Origin: an uncultured Candidatus Saccharibacteria bacterium
GTDB lineage: Bacteria > Patescibacteriota > Doudnabacteria > UBA920 > O2-02-FULL-48-8
Reading direction: 5' to 3'
DNA length: 64,000 nucleotides
Assembly: GCA_964605735.1 (NCBI GenBank)
Contig: CAZSDS010000001.1
Span: 70,771 to 134,770, forward strand
Of this stretch, positions 15,745 to 24,874 are shown piece by piece. A program made the translations under genes and the position numbers. The notes below the pieces were generated by a model that saw only the letters and a program-made list of their open reading frames with translations, ran no database searches and had not been told where the DNA came from. Each line of letters starts with the position of its first letter. Within the stretch, counting starts at the first letter, position 1.

Positions 15745-17484
15745 ATGGCCTACCGTTTAAACAACAAATCAACGGTACAAAATAATTCTTACTCTTTAAG
15801 AATTTTTTTGTTATTAGTTGGGATAACGCTCTGCATTTTTTTCATCATTTTCAGAATGTTCAATCTGCAGGTTGTCCAGCATTCTTACTGGAGCGCTTTA
15901 GCCTCTGATCAGCACAAGTTTGAGCAGGAAATCCTGCCAGGGCGCGGAGAAATATTTTTATCCAACAGTACGGGTGAACCGGTTCTTGCCGCGACTAATT
16001 TGACCAAGAGCATTGTTTACGCCGTCCCAAAAGACATAACAAACAGCGGGGATACGGCTATTAAACTTTCTGCGGCGCTGGGCATGCCAGTGGCGGAGAT
16101 TCTTGAAAAAATTTCCGGGAATGGCAATTATGTTGCCATCAAAAAACAAGTGGATGACGAGACCGTCAAAACCGTCAAGGAAATGAAGCTGGTTGGAATC
16201 GGCATAGAGCCCCAAACCGTCCGTTACTATCCAGAAGGTAATTTGGCCAGCCATGTTTTGGGTTTTTTGGGTTTTCGCGGCACCCAAAGGGTGGGGCAGT
16301 ATGGCATTGAAGGGAATTTTGAACAGCGTCTGGCTGGGAGCAACGGCGTGATGGGTTTGGAGAGCGATCAGGCCGGCCGCTGGATTACCATAGCCTCGCG
16401 CAACTTTGTCCCGGCGCAGGATGGCGATAATATTTTTCTGACCATTGATAACGCCGTCCAGTACAAAGCCCAGGAGGTCCTGAAAAAGGCAGTTGAAGAT
16501 AACCTGGCTGAGCGTGGTAGTGTAATAGTCATGAACCCTAAAACAGGCGCTATTATGGCCATGGCAAATTATCCTGACTTTGACCCGAATGAGTACAGCA
16601 AGGTTCCTGACATCAGCTATTACGCAAACAATGCTCTGTCCGCGGACTACGAACCAGGATCAGTGTTCAAGCCAATTACCATGGCTGCTGCCATCAATGA
16701 AGGCAAGGTTACTCCGGATAGCACCTATGAGGACACAGGAGTTGTGGAAATGGATGATTTCAAGATCAGGAACTCTGACGGAAAATCAAACGGCGTCCAA
16801 ACCATGACTCAAGTGCTGGAAAAGTCCCTGAACACCGGGATGGTTTATGTTGAACAGCAAATGGGGCACAAAACATTCCGCGACTATGTTTATGATTTCG
16901 GTTTTGGGAAGAAGACCGGGATTGAACTGCCAAATGAAGTTTTCGGCAATCTCGACAACCTGGAGAAGAAGGGTAATATTTTCTTTGCCACCGCCTCATA
17001 CGGACAGGGTTTGACTGTTACGCCTTTGCAGATGGTTACAGCATATACAGCGCTGGCCAACGGAGGAAAGCTGATGAAACCGTATATTATCGATAAAATT
17101 GTCAGGGACAATGGTACGGAAGAGAAAACTGAACCGGAAAAGGTCAGGCAGGTCATAGATTCCAAAACCGCAGCTCAGGTCAGTTCCATGCTCGTGAATG
17201 TGGTTGAAAACGGACATGGAAAAAGGGCAGCGGTTCCGGGATATTATATAGCCGGCAAAACGGGAACTGCGCAGGTTGCTTACAAAGACCGGGTGGGCTA
17301 TGACCCAACCAAGAATATCGGATCGTTTGTGGGTTTTGGGCCTGTAGACAACCCGCGGTTTCTCATGCTGGTCAGAATTGACCATCCAAAGAACGTAACT
17401 TTTGCGGAAAGCACTGCGGCGCCGGCATTTGGTGAAATTGCCAGCTTTATTCTAAACTATCTGCAGGTTCCGCCTTCAAGGTAA
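15745..17484 (+). CDS. ftsI: penicillin-binding protein 2/FtsI-type transpeptidase
   Basis: N-terminal TM helix, PBP dimerisation domain, then the transpeptidase motifs SVFK, SNG (SDG here) and KTGTA. Confidence 0.85.
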   Translation: MAYRLNNKSTVQNNSYSLRIFLLLVGITLCIFFIIFRMFNLQVVQHSYWSALASDQHKFEQEILPGRGEIFLSNSTGEPVLAATNLTKSIVYAVPKDITNSGDTAIKLSAALGMPVAEILEKISGNGNYVAIKKQVDDETVKTVKEMKLVGIGIEPQTVRYYPEGNLASHVLGFLGFRGTQRVGQYGIEGNFEQRLAGSNGVMGLESDQAGRWITIASRNFVPAQDGDNIFLTIDNAVQYKAQEVLKKAVEDNLAERGSVIVMNPKTGAIMAMANYPDFDPNEYSKVPDISYYANNALSADYEPGSVFKPITMAAAINEGKVTPDSTYEDTGVVEMDDFKIRNSDGKSNGVQTMTQVLEKSLNTGMVYVEQQMGHKTFRDYVYDFGFGKKTGIELPNEVFGNLDNLEKKGNIFFATASYGQGLTVTPLQMVTAYTALANGGKLMKPYIIDKIVRDNGTEEKTEPEKVRQVIDSKTAAQVSSMLVNVVENGHGKRAAVPGYYIAGKTGTAQVAYKDRVGYDPTKNIGSFVGFGPVDNPRFLMLVRIDHPKNVTFAESTAAPAFGEIASFILNYLQVPPSR

Positions 17485-18816
17485 TTGCTTCAAAGTAAGT
17501 ATCAGGCATATAACAGTGAATTTATGAAAAATTTGGCCGCGAAAATATTAGGGTTGCTGACCAGACTGGTTCTGATGAAGTTCAAACCAGTGATTGTCGG
17601 CATTACTGGAAGCGTTGGCAAAACCTCGGCCAAAGAGGCTATTGCCTGTGTTTTGCGCAGCCGTTTTTCCGTCCGCGCCAACAGCGGAAACTTTAACAAT
17701 GAATTTGGTTTGCCCTTTACTGTTTTGGACCAAAAATTTCCGGGCAAAAATCCTTTTGCCTGGATATGGTTGATCATAAAATCTTTGTTGGTTCTGGCTG
17801 GCGGGAATTACCCGCAGGTTTTGATTTTGGAAATGGGAGCGGACCGGCCGGGGGACATTCAATATTTGCTGAAACTGACCGGACTGATTGATTATGCAGT
17901 CGTCACGGACATAGGGATCAGTCATATGCAAAATTATCCAAGCCGGGAAGCGCTGATTAGGGAAAAACTGTCACTGATTAAAGGACTGAAAGAGCACGGC
18001 ACCGCCGTTTTGAATTTCGACAACGGGCATATTGCAAAATTCGTAAAAGAAAAATTCACTGGTTCTGCGGCTGGCCGAACCGTGGGTAAGTACCTGACTT
18101 ATGGTTTGGATCAGGAAGCTTTGGTGGCTGCTTCTGAGATTCAGCTTTCGCACAGGAACGGCAGTGACGGCATTTCCTTCAAGGTCAAATACTCAGGCAC
18201 TGTCGTCCCGGTGATGCTTCCAGATGCTTTGGGGAGCTCAAATGTTTACGCGGCCCTGGCCGCGGCTTCGGTGGGTTTGGGCATGGGGATGAACCTGGTT
18301 GAGGTTTCAGAGGCCCTAATGAATTATGTTCCACCGGCTGGCAGACTCAGGATGATTGCCGGAATAAAACACACCAAAATAATTGACGATACTTATAACG
18401 CGGCGCCAGCTTCAACAAACCTGGCTTTGGACGTACTCTCACAAATGGCAACTGGCCGGAAAGTGGCGGCCATAGGCGGTATGGCAGAGTTGGGTAGCCA
18501 AAACGAAGCTGGGCATAAAGAGGTTGCCGCTAAAATTCAGGAAGTTGGAGTTGGCTTGGTGTTCCTTGTGGGAGACAACGCAAAAATTATCCGGGATGAA
18601 TTGGAGCGCCGACATTTTAACGGCAAAGTGAAGTGGTTTGAAAGTTCAGAAAATGCGCGCATTCCGATTCAAAACGAAATCATGGAAGGAGACACGATCT
18701 TAGTTAAAGGCTCGCAATCCGCGCGCATGGAGAAAATCGTAAGAGAGATTATGGCTGAACCGCACCTGGCAGAAAAGCTGATCGTCAGACAATCAGCGCA
18801 TTGGGAAAATATCTGA
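17485..18816 (+). CDS. murF: UDP-N-acetylmuramoyl-tripeptide--D-alanyl-D-alanine ligase MurF
   Basis: P-loop GITGSVGKTS and Mur ligase middle and C-terminal domains. The start may be the Met at 17524. Confidence 0.85.
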   Translation: MLQSKYQAYNSEFMKNLAAKILGLLTRLVLMKFKPVIVGITGSVGKTSAKEAIACVLRSRFSVRANSGNFNNEFGLPFTVLDQKFPGKNPFAWIWLIIKSLLVLAGGNYPQVLILEMGADRPGDIQYLLKLTGLIDYAVVTDIGISHMQNYPSREALIREKLSLIKGLKEHGTAVLNFDNGHIAKFVKEKFTGSAAGRTVGKYLTYGLDQEALVAASEIQLSHRNGSDGISFKVKYSGTVVPVMLPDALGSSNVYAALAAASVGLGMGMNLVEVSEALMNYVPPAGRLRMIAGIKHTKIIDDTYNAAPASTNLALDVLSQMATGRKVAAIGGMAELGSQNEAGHKEVAAKIQEVGVGLVFLVGDNAKIIRDELERRHFNGKVKWFESSENARIPIQNEIMEGDTILVKGSQSARMEKIVREIMAEPHLAEKLIVRQSAHWENI

Positions 18817-18912
18817 TTTTACGGGCAAATCAGGCACAAATTTACTGTAACAAAAGCCCCTGCTTTTCGATTAATACACTGAAACCCCAATAAATGGGGA
18901 TAAGGAATTATT

Positions 18913-19554
18913 ATGAAGAAATCAGTGGCTTTTTTGTCTTTGTTCGTTTTATTGGCTAGTGCCAACCTGGCGCAGGCTGACCAGGGCAGGGGCGAAAATA
19001 ACGTTCGCGCAAATATTATGGCTAAAACAAAAATAGGCGGTCGGCATGCTCCTAAAGTTAGAGTGCTTGAGCAGAGTCAGTTTATCGTCATGGGTACTGT
19101 GAAATCAGTATCCGGATCGCAGTTTGTTATCACGCTTAAGCCTGTTCACCGCAGATTTGGCAACCTGGAAGGTGATTTGACCATCAAAACCACTGCTGAG
19201 ACAAAAATCAGCATGATCGGCGATGCTACAATGATGACTGAATTTAGCCCAGGCGCGCTTGTCATCGTGAAGGGTGAAAGAAGTGGCTCTGAGTTTGTTG
19301 CTGATTGGGTTCAGGTTAAAGGTGAAAGGAAGCGAATTGCCGGCGAGGTCACAGCCAAAACCGATGACTCTGTGACCATTAAGAACAACGTGACGGGTGT
19401 GGTTACTACCGTAGCCATCGACGACAACACGAAAGTTTCCGTCAATGGAGAAGCCAAGACCTTCGCAGATGTCCAGGTGGGCGATAAAGGATTTGTAAAG
19501 ATCAAGGCTGTCTTGGGTTCTGTTGTGGCCAAGTTTATGACTCTGTTTAGATAA
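18913..19554 (+). CDS. secreted hypothetical protein (beta-rich, repeated VxVKGER units)
   Basis: Signal peptide MKKSVAFLSLFVLLASANLAQA. Two repeats (…LVIVKGERSG…/…VQVKGERKR…). Confidence 0.5.
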   Translation: MKKSVAFLSLFVLLASANLAQADQGRGENNVRANIMAKTKIGGRHAPKVRVLEQSQFIVMGTVKSVSGSQFVITLKPVHRRFGNLEGDLTIKTTAETKISMIGDATMMTEFSPGALVIVKGERSGSEFVADWVQVKGERKRIAGEVTAKTDDSVTIKNNVTGVVTTVAIDDNTKVSVNGEAKTFADVQVGDKGFVKIKAVLGSVVAKFMTLFR

Positions 19555-19584
19555 GGTTGTAAATTTTCAAAAGCTTTTTGAACG

Positions 19585-19619
19585 AAAAAAAACCGCATGA
19601 GCTTCAGGCGGTTTTTTTC
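19585..19619. terminator. bidirectional intrinsic terminator between convergent genes
   Basis: AACCGC/GCGGTT stem flanked by an A-run upstream and a T-run downstream. Confidence 0.55.
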
Positions 19620-20401
19620 TTTTGTTTGGCCAGAGCCAACGCTCCGTATAAGCCGCTTAACTGTCCAAGCGTGCCTTTTATTATTTTTGGGCTTGGCAGT
19701 GGGCCTAGTTTTTTCTCAAGGAAGGTTTGGAGACGGGAGGAGGAAATGTTTTTGTTGCCGGATATTGCCCCGCCAATGACGATAATTTCTGGTGACCAGT
19801 AAACAGCAGTGTTGGTGAGCGCAACTCCCATCCAGTTTTCTATTTCACTCCAGACTTTTTTAGCCTTGATGCGTTCAGGGTTTTTTCCGTAACGATCTAG
19901 TATGCCTCTGCCCGAGGCAAATTCACCTATGCGGGGACTGGTTTTTTTCTTTGGGTCGTATTGTGCCAGCTGGTGGTCAGGCTCAAAGCCGAAACTGTTT
20001 GCGTCAATTTTTTGGTTCACGATTCGCGCACCACCAAAACCTGTGCTGAAAGTCAGGTAGCCGACAATTTCGTGGCCCTTGCCCGCCCCATAAACAGCTT
20101 CGCCCAGGGCTGAGAGTTCTGCGTCATTAACCAGGGAAACTTTTGTCTTGGCGATCTTTTCCAGAATTTTCTGGGTGGGGTTGGAATACCAGAAATTTGG
20201 TTTTCCTCTGTTGAATCTTGGCACGCCACCAACTATTTTTTTGATTTTTTTAGAGTTCATCCCGGCAGTTGCTTTCTTAAACAGCTCTGTGGCTGAATCG
20301 AAATCTTTGGGAGTGGGGAAGATTCTGACATGTTCCAGCTTTTTGCCGTCTGAGGTGGCAAACCGCATGTTAGTCGCGCCAATGTCGAATAATAGGTACA
20401 T
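19604..20401 (-). CDS. ROK-family sugar kinase (glucokinase-like)
   Basis: MYLLFDIGATNMRFA (ROK N-terminal ATP motif), VNDAELSALGE, and the C-terminal GGAISG. Confidence 0.7.
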   Translation of the reverse strand: MYLLFDIGATNMRFATSDGKKLEHVRIFPTPKDFDSATELFKKATAGMNSKKIKKIVGGVPRFNRGKPNFWYSNPTQKILEKIAKTKVSLVNDAELSALGEAVYGAGKGHEIVGYLTFSTGFGGARIVNQKIDANSFGFEPDHQLAQYDPKKKTSPRIGEFASGRGILDRYGKNPERIKAKKVWSEIENWMGVALTNTAVYWSPEIIVIGGAISGNKNISSSRLQTFLEKKLGPLPSPKIIKGTLGQLSGLYGALALAKQKKKTA

Positions 20402-20485
20402 TTTGTCTCTGTTAGTTTATGTTAGCGTTTTAATTATAACAAAAAAGCAGGGCATGTGCCTGGTTTTTTGTGCGCGGAGACGCAA

Positions 20486-20514
20486 TTGAAAAGTTTGGCA
20501 AAAAAGAGTATAAT
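20486..20514 (+). promoter_or_regulatory. consensus sigma70 promoter for tRNA-Glu
   Basis: TTGAAA(20486-91)-17 nt-TATAAT(20509-14), 40 nt upstream of the tRNA 5' end. Confidence 0.65.
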
Positions 20515-20554
20515 GAATTGCAGTTTTGGAAAGAAAAATTTACGCGATTGACAT

Positions 20555-20629
20555 GGCCCTATCGTCTAACGGTTAGGACGCACGGTTCTCATCCGTGTAA
20601 TGGGGGTTCGATTCCCCCTGGGGCTGCCA
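20555..20629 (+). tRNA. tRNA-Glu (anticodon CUC), CCA encoded
   Basis: Cloverleaf: acceptor GGCCCUA, D-arm GUCUAACGGUUAGGAC, anticodon stem CACGG/CCGUG with loop UUCUCAU, T-arm GGGGGUUCGAUUCCCCC, 3' GCCA. Close to E. coli tRNA-Glu apart from the anticodon. Confidence 0.85.
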
Positions 20630-20710
20630 AGAAAAAACTTCACCAACAGGTGGAGTTTTTTCTTTGTATTGAATATAGCTTGTGTCAGACTTTTTTGCTA
20701 AACTGTATTT

Positions 20711-21175
20711 ATGAAAAAGAAGCCTATTCAAGAGGTTTTGCCTCCCGGTCAGATCAAAGCCAAGGCAATGTGCTTAATAATCCATGACGGAAAATTGCTT
20801 GCCACCAAGGGTCGAGATAGCGCAGCAGGCGAAAACTTTTATCGTGTTTTGGGTGGCGGAATTGAGTTTGGCGAAACATCTGAGCAGGCAGTCAGGCGAG
20901 AGATAAAGGAAGAACTCAAGTCAGGGATAGTAAATCTGGAAAGAATTGATGTGATCGAAAATATTTTTTCATACGAAGGTAAGCCAGGGCATCAAATTAT
21001 TTTTCTGTTTAAAGGCGAGTTGGATAGAGAAGATTTGCTTCATGTAAATAACATAAGAATTGAAGAAAATATTTATGAGCAGGAAGCAGCTTGGGTTAAT
21101 ATAAAAGACATCCTGGATGGAAAAGTAATTCTCTATCCAAAGTTCGATTATTCTAAAGCGTTGTCTAAAAGTTAA
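20711..21175 (+). CDS. NUDIX hydrolase
   Basis: Nudix box GGGIEFGETSEQAVRREIKEELK. Confidence 0.8.
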   Translation: MKKKPIQEVLPPGQIKAKAMCLIIHDGKLLATKGRDSAAGENFYRVLGGGIEFGETSEQAVRREIKEELKSGIVNLERIDVIENIFSYEGKPGHQIIFLFKGELDREDLLHVNNIRIEENIYEQEAAWVNIKDILDGKVILYPKFDYSKALSKS

Positions 21176-21210
21176 AGATCGGAGCTAAATAAAAAAGTAA
21201 ATCTTTCGAT

Positions 21211-21516
21211 TCACTTGTGAGTTTTTGGTGGGTCGCTGAGGTCTTGCTCCCAGCCACCGAGTGTCTGGAACAGCTTGTATACGGCTTCCACGAGCTTAGG
21301 ATTTCTGCTGGAGGCGCCACCGCGGGTGCAGATCCGTACGCCAGTGGTGAAGGCCGAGCCTTCCGGAACAGAACCAATGTAATAGTCACCATTGGGTGCG
21401 TGCATTATCACCAGCTCAAACCGGTCGCGTTCATCGCGATCATCTGTGAGGTAGCGTCTTTCGACGTAATTGCTCAAATTACCTCCTTTTCTTGCCGAGA
21501 TTATAACATGCGACAA
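21211..21516 (-). CDS. hypothetical 101-aa protein in a short high-GC patch (TTG start)
   Basis: ORF with GGAGG upstream. Local GC is about 55-65%. No recognisable domain, so it may be spurious. Confidence 0.3.
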   Translation of the reverse strand: MSHVIISARKGGNLSNYVERRYLTDDRDERDRFELVIMHAPNGDYYIGSVPEGSAFTTGVRICTRGGASSRNPKLVEAVYKLFQTLGGWEQDLSDPPKTHK

Positions 21517-21544
21517 AAAGTTGGCAAAAAGCTATAATACTTAT

Positions 21545-22735
21545 ATGGCAGAACCGCATATTGAAACAGAAAACAAAATCCAATTACCGCCGAATTTTCT
21601 GCTCGGGGCAGCCACGTCCGCGCACCAGACAGAAGGCAACAACATGAACAGTGATTGGTGGGCCGCGGAAAAGGCAGGCAAGGTCCCGCCGTCAGGCACA
21701 GCCTGCGACAGCTATAACCGATACGAGGAAGATTTCCAAATTGCCAAAAACATTGGACTGAACTCGTTCCGCATTTCAATCGAATGGGCGAGGATTGAGC
21801 CTGTTGAGAACACGTGGGACCGGATTGCTATTGAGCACTACAGAAAAGTTTTGAAGAAAATGAAGCAGCTGGGCTTAACCAGAATGGTGACTCTACACCA
21901 TTTCACGCTCCCGCAGTGGCTGGCGGAGAAAGGCGGTTTCGAAACCAAAGCCGGCATTGGCGGATTCGCCAGATTCGCCTGGTTTGTGGCGCAGAATTTA
22001 GGCGATGAAATTGATATTTGGTGTACCATCAATGAGCCGGAAGTTTACACCAGCCAAGGCTATGCCACCAAAAAATGGCCTCCCTTCAAAAACAATCCAT
22101 TTATGGCCGTTAAGGTTTATCGCAACCTGACTAAAGCGCACATTGCTGCATTTGATGCAATAAAAGGAGTTCTGCCAAACGCACAGGTTGGGATCGTTAA
22201 AAATAACGTTTATTACGAACCTGCTGGTGGCGCCTTAAGCAAATTGGTTTGCAAAACCGCTGATTACTTTGGCAACAAATGGTTTTTGAACCGAATCCAA
22301 AAACATACTGATTTCATAGGGCTGAATTTTTACCAAACCAGGATTTTGGATTTTGGCTGGCGCGGCGTTAAAGTTCTGAATAATCCAGCAAGACCAAAAT
22401 CAGACATGGGTTGGGCGACTTACCCTGCAGGTATTTACCATGTCTTAAACGATTTGAAAAAATACAACAAGCCTGTTTACGTTACGGAGAACGGAATAGC
22501 CAACGCGCGAGACGACATGCGCCAGGAATACATCCGTCAGCATTTGCAGTGGGCGCTGAAAGCGCAGAAAGAAGGTTTGGACCTGCGTGGGTATTTCTAT
22601 TGGTCTTTGATTGACAACTACGAGTGGGCTGATGGGTACGGCCCTAAATTTGGCCTGGTTGAAGTGAATTTCGAAACTCAGGAGCGCAAGGTTCGTGCAA
22701 GCGCCGAGGTGTTTAAGGACATAGTCTATGGCTAG
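21545..22735 (+). CDS. glycoside hydrolase family 1 beta-glucosidase
   Basis: NFLLGAATSAHQTEG, LGLNSFRISIEWARIEP, the catalytic NEP region and YVTENG nucleophile motif. Start taken at MAEPHIE (ORF opens at 21470). Confidence 0.85.
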   Translation: MAEPHIETENKIQLPPNFLLGAATSAHQTEGNNMNSDWWAAEKAGKVPPSGTACDSYNRYEEDFQIAKNIGLNSFRISIEWARIEPVENTWDRIAIEHYRKVLKKMKQLGLTRMVTLHHFTLPQWLAEKGGFETKAGIGGFARFAWFVAQNLGDEIDIWCTINEPEVYTSQGYATKKWPPFKNNPFMAVKVYRNLTKAHIAAFDAIKGVLPNAQVGIVKNNVYYEPAGGALSKLVCKTADYFGNKWFLNRIQKHTDFIGLNFYQTRILDFGWRGVKVLNNPARPKSDMGWATYPAGIYHVLNDLKKYNKPVYVTENGIANARDDMRQEYIRQHLQWALKAQKEGLDLRGYFYWSLIDNYEWADGYGPKFGLVEVNFETQERKVRASAEVFKDIVYG

Positions 22736-23621
22736 CTATATCATATACGCATTGCTGGCTTATCTTTTGCTGGCAGTCCACGGCGTTCTGGATAAGTTTC
22801 TGCTTAATAAGGCAATCCGCCATCCGGTTGCTTATACTTTTTATTCAGGCACGACAACCATTTTTGTCCTTGCTCTGGTGCCTTTTGGCATGCAAATTCT
22901 CTCGTTTGAAAATCTGATGATTGCGTTTGCCGCAGGCGGTTCATTTTTGTTTGCAACTTATTATCTTTACACGGCCATCCAGGAGAGCTCTGTTTCAAGG
23001 ATTTTGCCCATTCAAGGCGGTTTAGTTCCAATCTTTACGTATATCTTTGCTCATTTTCTGCTTGGCGACACCCTTACGGGAGTGCAGACATTCGGTTTTT
23101 TCCTGCTTATTTTTGGCTCTGCGATGATAGCAGTAAAGAAAGAAAGTGGCGGCTGGAGTGCTCCTGCACTGAAAGACGCCACCATTGCCGCAGCCTTGTT
23201 TGCCCTTTCACTAGTTTTAAGTAAATATATTTTTGATGCCAGCAATCTGGTGACTGGATTGGTCTGGAGCCGCATAGGAATGTTTATCATTGCAATGAGT
23301 TTTCTTCTGGTTAAACCGGTCCGCAAGAAAATACTCGTCACCCCAAAACTCGCAGGAAAAAATAACGCAATTCTTTTTTATTCCGTCAGGGTCATGGGAG
23401 CAGGAGCCGGCCTGTTGCAAAATTATGCAATATCAATTGGGAGCGTCATCATTGTTAACGCCCTGCAAGGATTCCAGTTTGTCTTTCTTCTGGCGATGAC
23501 TGGTTTGATCTCAATGTACTATCCTAAAATTCTTAGGGAGCGAGTGACCACCCCTATTATCCTGACTAAAATTGCGGCAATCATAATTATCACAACTGGC
23601 CTGGTGCTGGTGACAATATAA
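22728..23621 (+). CDS. polytopic membrane protein, EamA/DMT-like (10 predicted TM helices)
   Basis: 297 aa, two similar five-helix halves. 8-nt overlap with the GH1 gene. Confidence 0.5.
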   Translation: MASYIIYALLAYLLLAVHGVLDKFLLNKAIRHPVAYTFYSGTTTIFVLALVPFGMQILSFENLMIAFAAGGSFLFATYYLYTAIQESSVSRILPIQGGLVPIFTYIFAHFLLGDTLTGVQTFGFFLLIFGSAMIAVKKESGGWSAPALKDATIAAALFALSLVLSKYIFDASNLVTGLVWSRIGMFIIAMSFLLVKPVRKKILVTPKLAGKNNAILFYSVRVMGAGAGLLQNYAISIGSVIIVNALQGFQFVFLLAMTGLISMYYPKILRERVTTPIILTKIAAIIIITTGLVLVTI

Positions 23622-23624
23622 GAC

Positions 23625-24632
23625 ATGAAAAAAATTTTGGTTGTTATTCTCGGTGTAATTATTCTGTTGATCGCTGGCGTTTACTGGTATTTTGCGTCAA
23701 TACATAGGCCTGCGGAAAAGTTTGAGTGGGGACTGACGTTTTCCCACTCGCACATGCAATACTTGGGATTTGACTGGAAGCAGGCGTATTTGGATATCCT
23801 CAATGACCTTAAACCCAAGAAAATCAGGATTATGGCGTACTGGCAGGATGTAGAGCCTGAACCGGAAAAGTACGATTTTCAGATTGCTGCAGAAATGCTG
23901 GAAGAGGCTGGAAAAAGAAACGTGGACGTGATTCTGGTGGTGGGGCACAAACAGCCACGATGGCCGGAATGCCATCATCCAGACTGGTATGAACAGCTGA
24001 GCAAACAGGAGCGTGATGCAGCCCAGCTGCGCTATATAAAAAACGCGGTTGAATACTACAAACAGTTTGATGCAATTAAAATCTGGCAGCTGGAAAATGA
24101 AGCCTTGTTCAGTTTTGGCGAAAACTGTCCGCCTACTGAGCAGGACTTGATCAGAAAACAAATGGAAATAATTCGGTCTTTGGACAGCCGCCCGATATTG
24201 ATGACAGATAGCGGTGAATTGGGACGCTGGTTGCCGACTGCCAAGCTGGGACCGGATATTTTTGGGACAACCATGTACCGCGTGGTTCATAACCCCAAAA
24301 CCGGCTACTTTAAATATCCTTTGCCGCCGTCATTTTTCCATTTCAAAGCAGGCTTAGTAAAAAAATTCTCCAATGTTGAGAAAATTATCGGGGTCGAATT
24401 GCAGGCTGAGCCATGGTTCACCAACGGCGCTGATGGTCCTGCAACAACTGATTTGAAAACCCAGTTTGCCTTGATGAACCCAAAAATGTTCAGAGAATAC
24501 ATTGGTTACGCCAAGAGAGCCGGTTTTTCCGAAAATTATCTGTGGGGTGTGGAGTGGTGGTATTGGCTGGCCAAGGAAAAAAATGACTGGGGCATGTGGG
24601 AGGAGGCTAGAAAACTTTTTGCGGAAAAATAG
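23625..24632 (+). CDS. membrane-anchored clan GH-A (TIM-barrel) glycoside hydrolase-like protein
   Basis: N-terminal TM helix. WQLENEA (acid/base NE motif) and GVELQAEPW (candidate nucleophile), in the order and spacing typical of GH5/GH113-like enzymes. Confidence 0.5.
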   Translation: MKKILVVILGVIILLIAGVYWYFASIHRPAEKFEWGLTFSHSHMQYLGFDWKQAYLDILNDLKPKKIRIMAYWQDVEPEPEKYDFQIAAEMLEEAGKRNVDVILVVGHKQPRWPECHHPDWYEQLSKQERDAAQLRYIKNAVEYYKQFDAIKIWQLENEALFSFGENCPPTEQDLIRKQMEIIRSLDSRPILMTDSGELGRWLPTAKLGPDIFGTTMYRVVHNPKTGYFKYPLPPSFFHFKAGLVKKFSNVEKIIGVELQAEPWFTNGADGPATTDLKTQFALMNPKMFREYIGYAKRAGFSENYLWGVEWWYWLAKEKNDWGMWEEARKLFAEK

Positions 24633-24874
24633 CTGTTGATAACGTAAGTACCTTTCACTTTTAAGTTGCTGTAACGGAAGCATTAACCTATGATCGATTT
24701 GTAGATAAAGCCAGATCATAAGATCTGCATACATAAGTTAGTTTAACTGAGCAGGCCGTTTTTTGTGCAAATTGCACAAAAAATTGCCTGTTTTTGGCGT
24801 TTGCCGCTTGATTTTCTTTATTTTCATTGTATATTTTAAACATAAGCATTATTACATAAAAAAGGAGTTGATCC

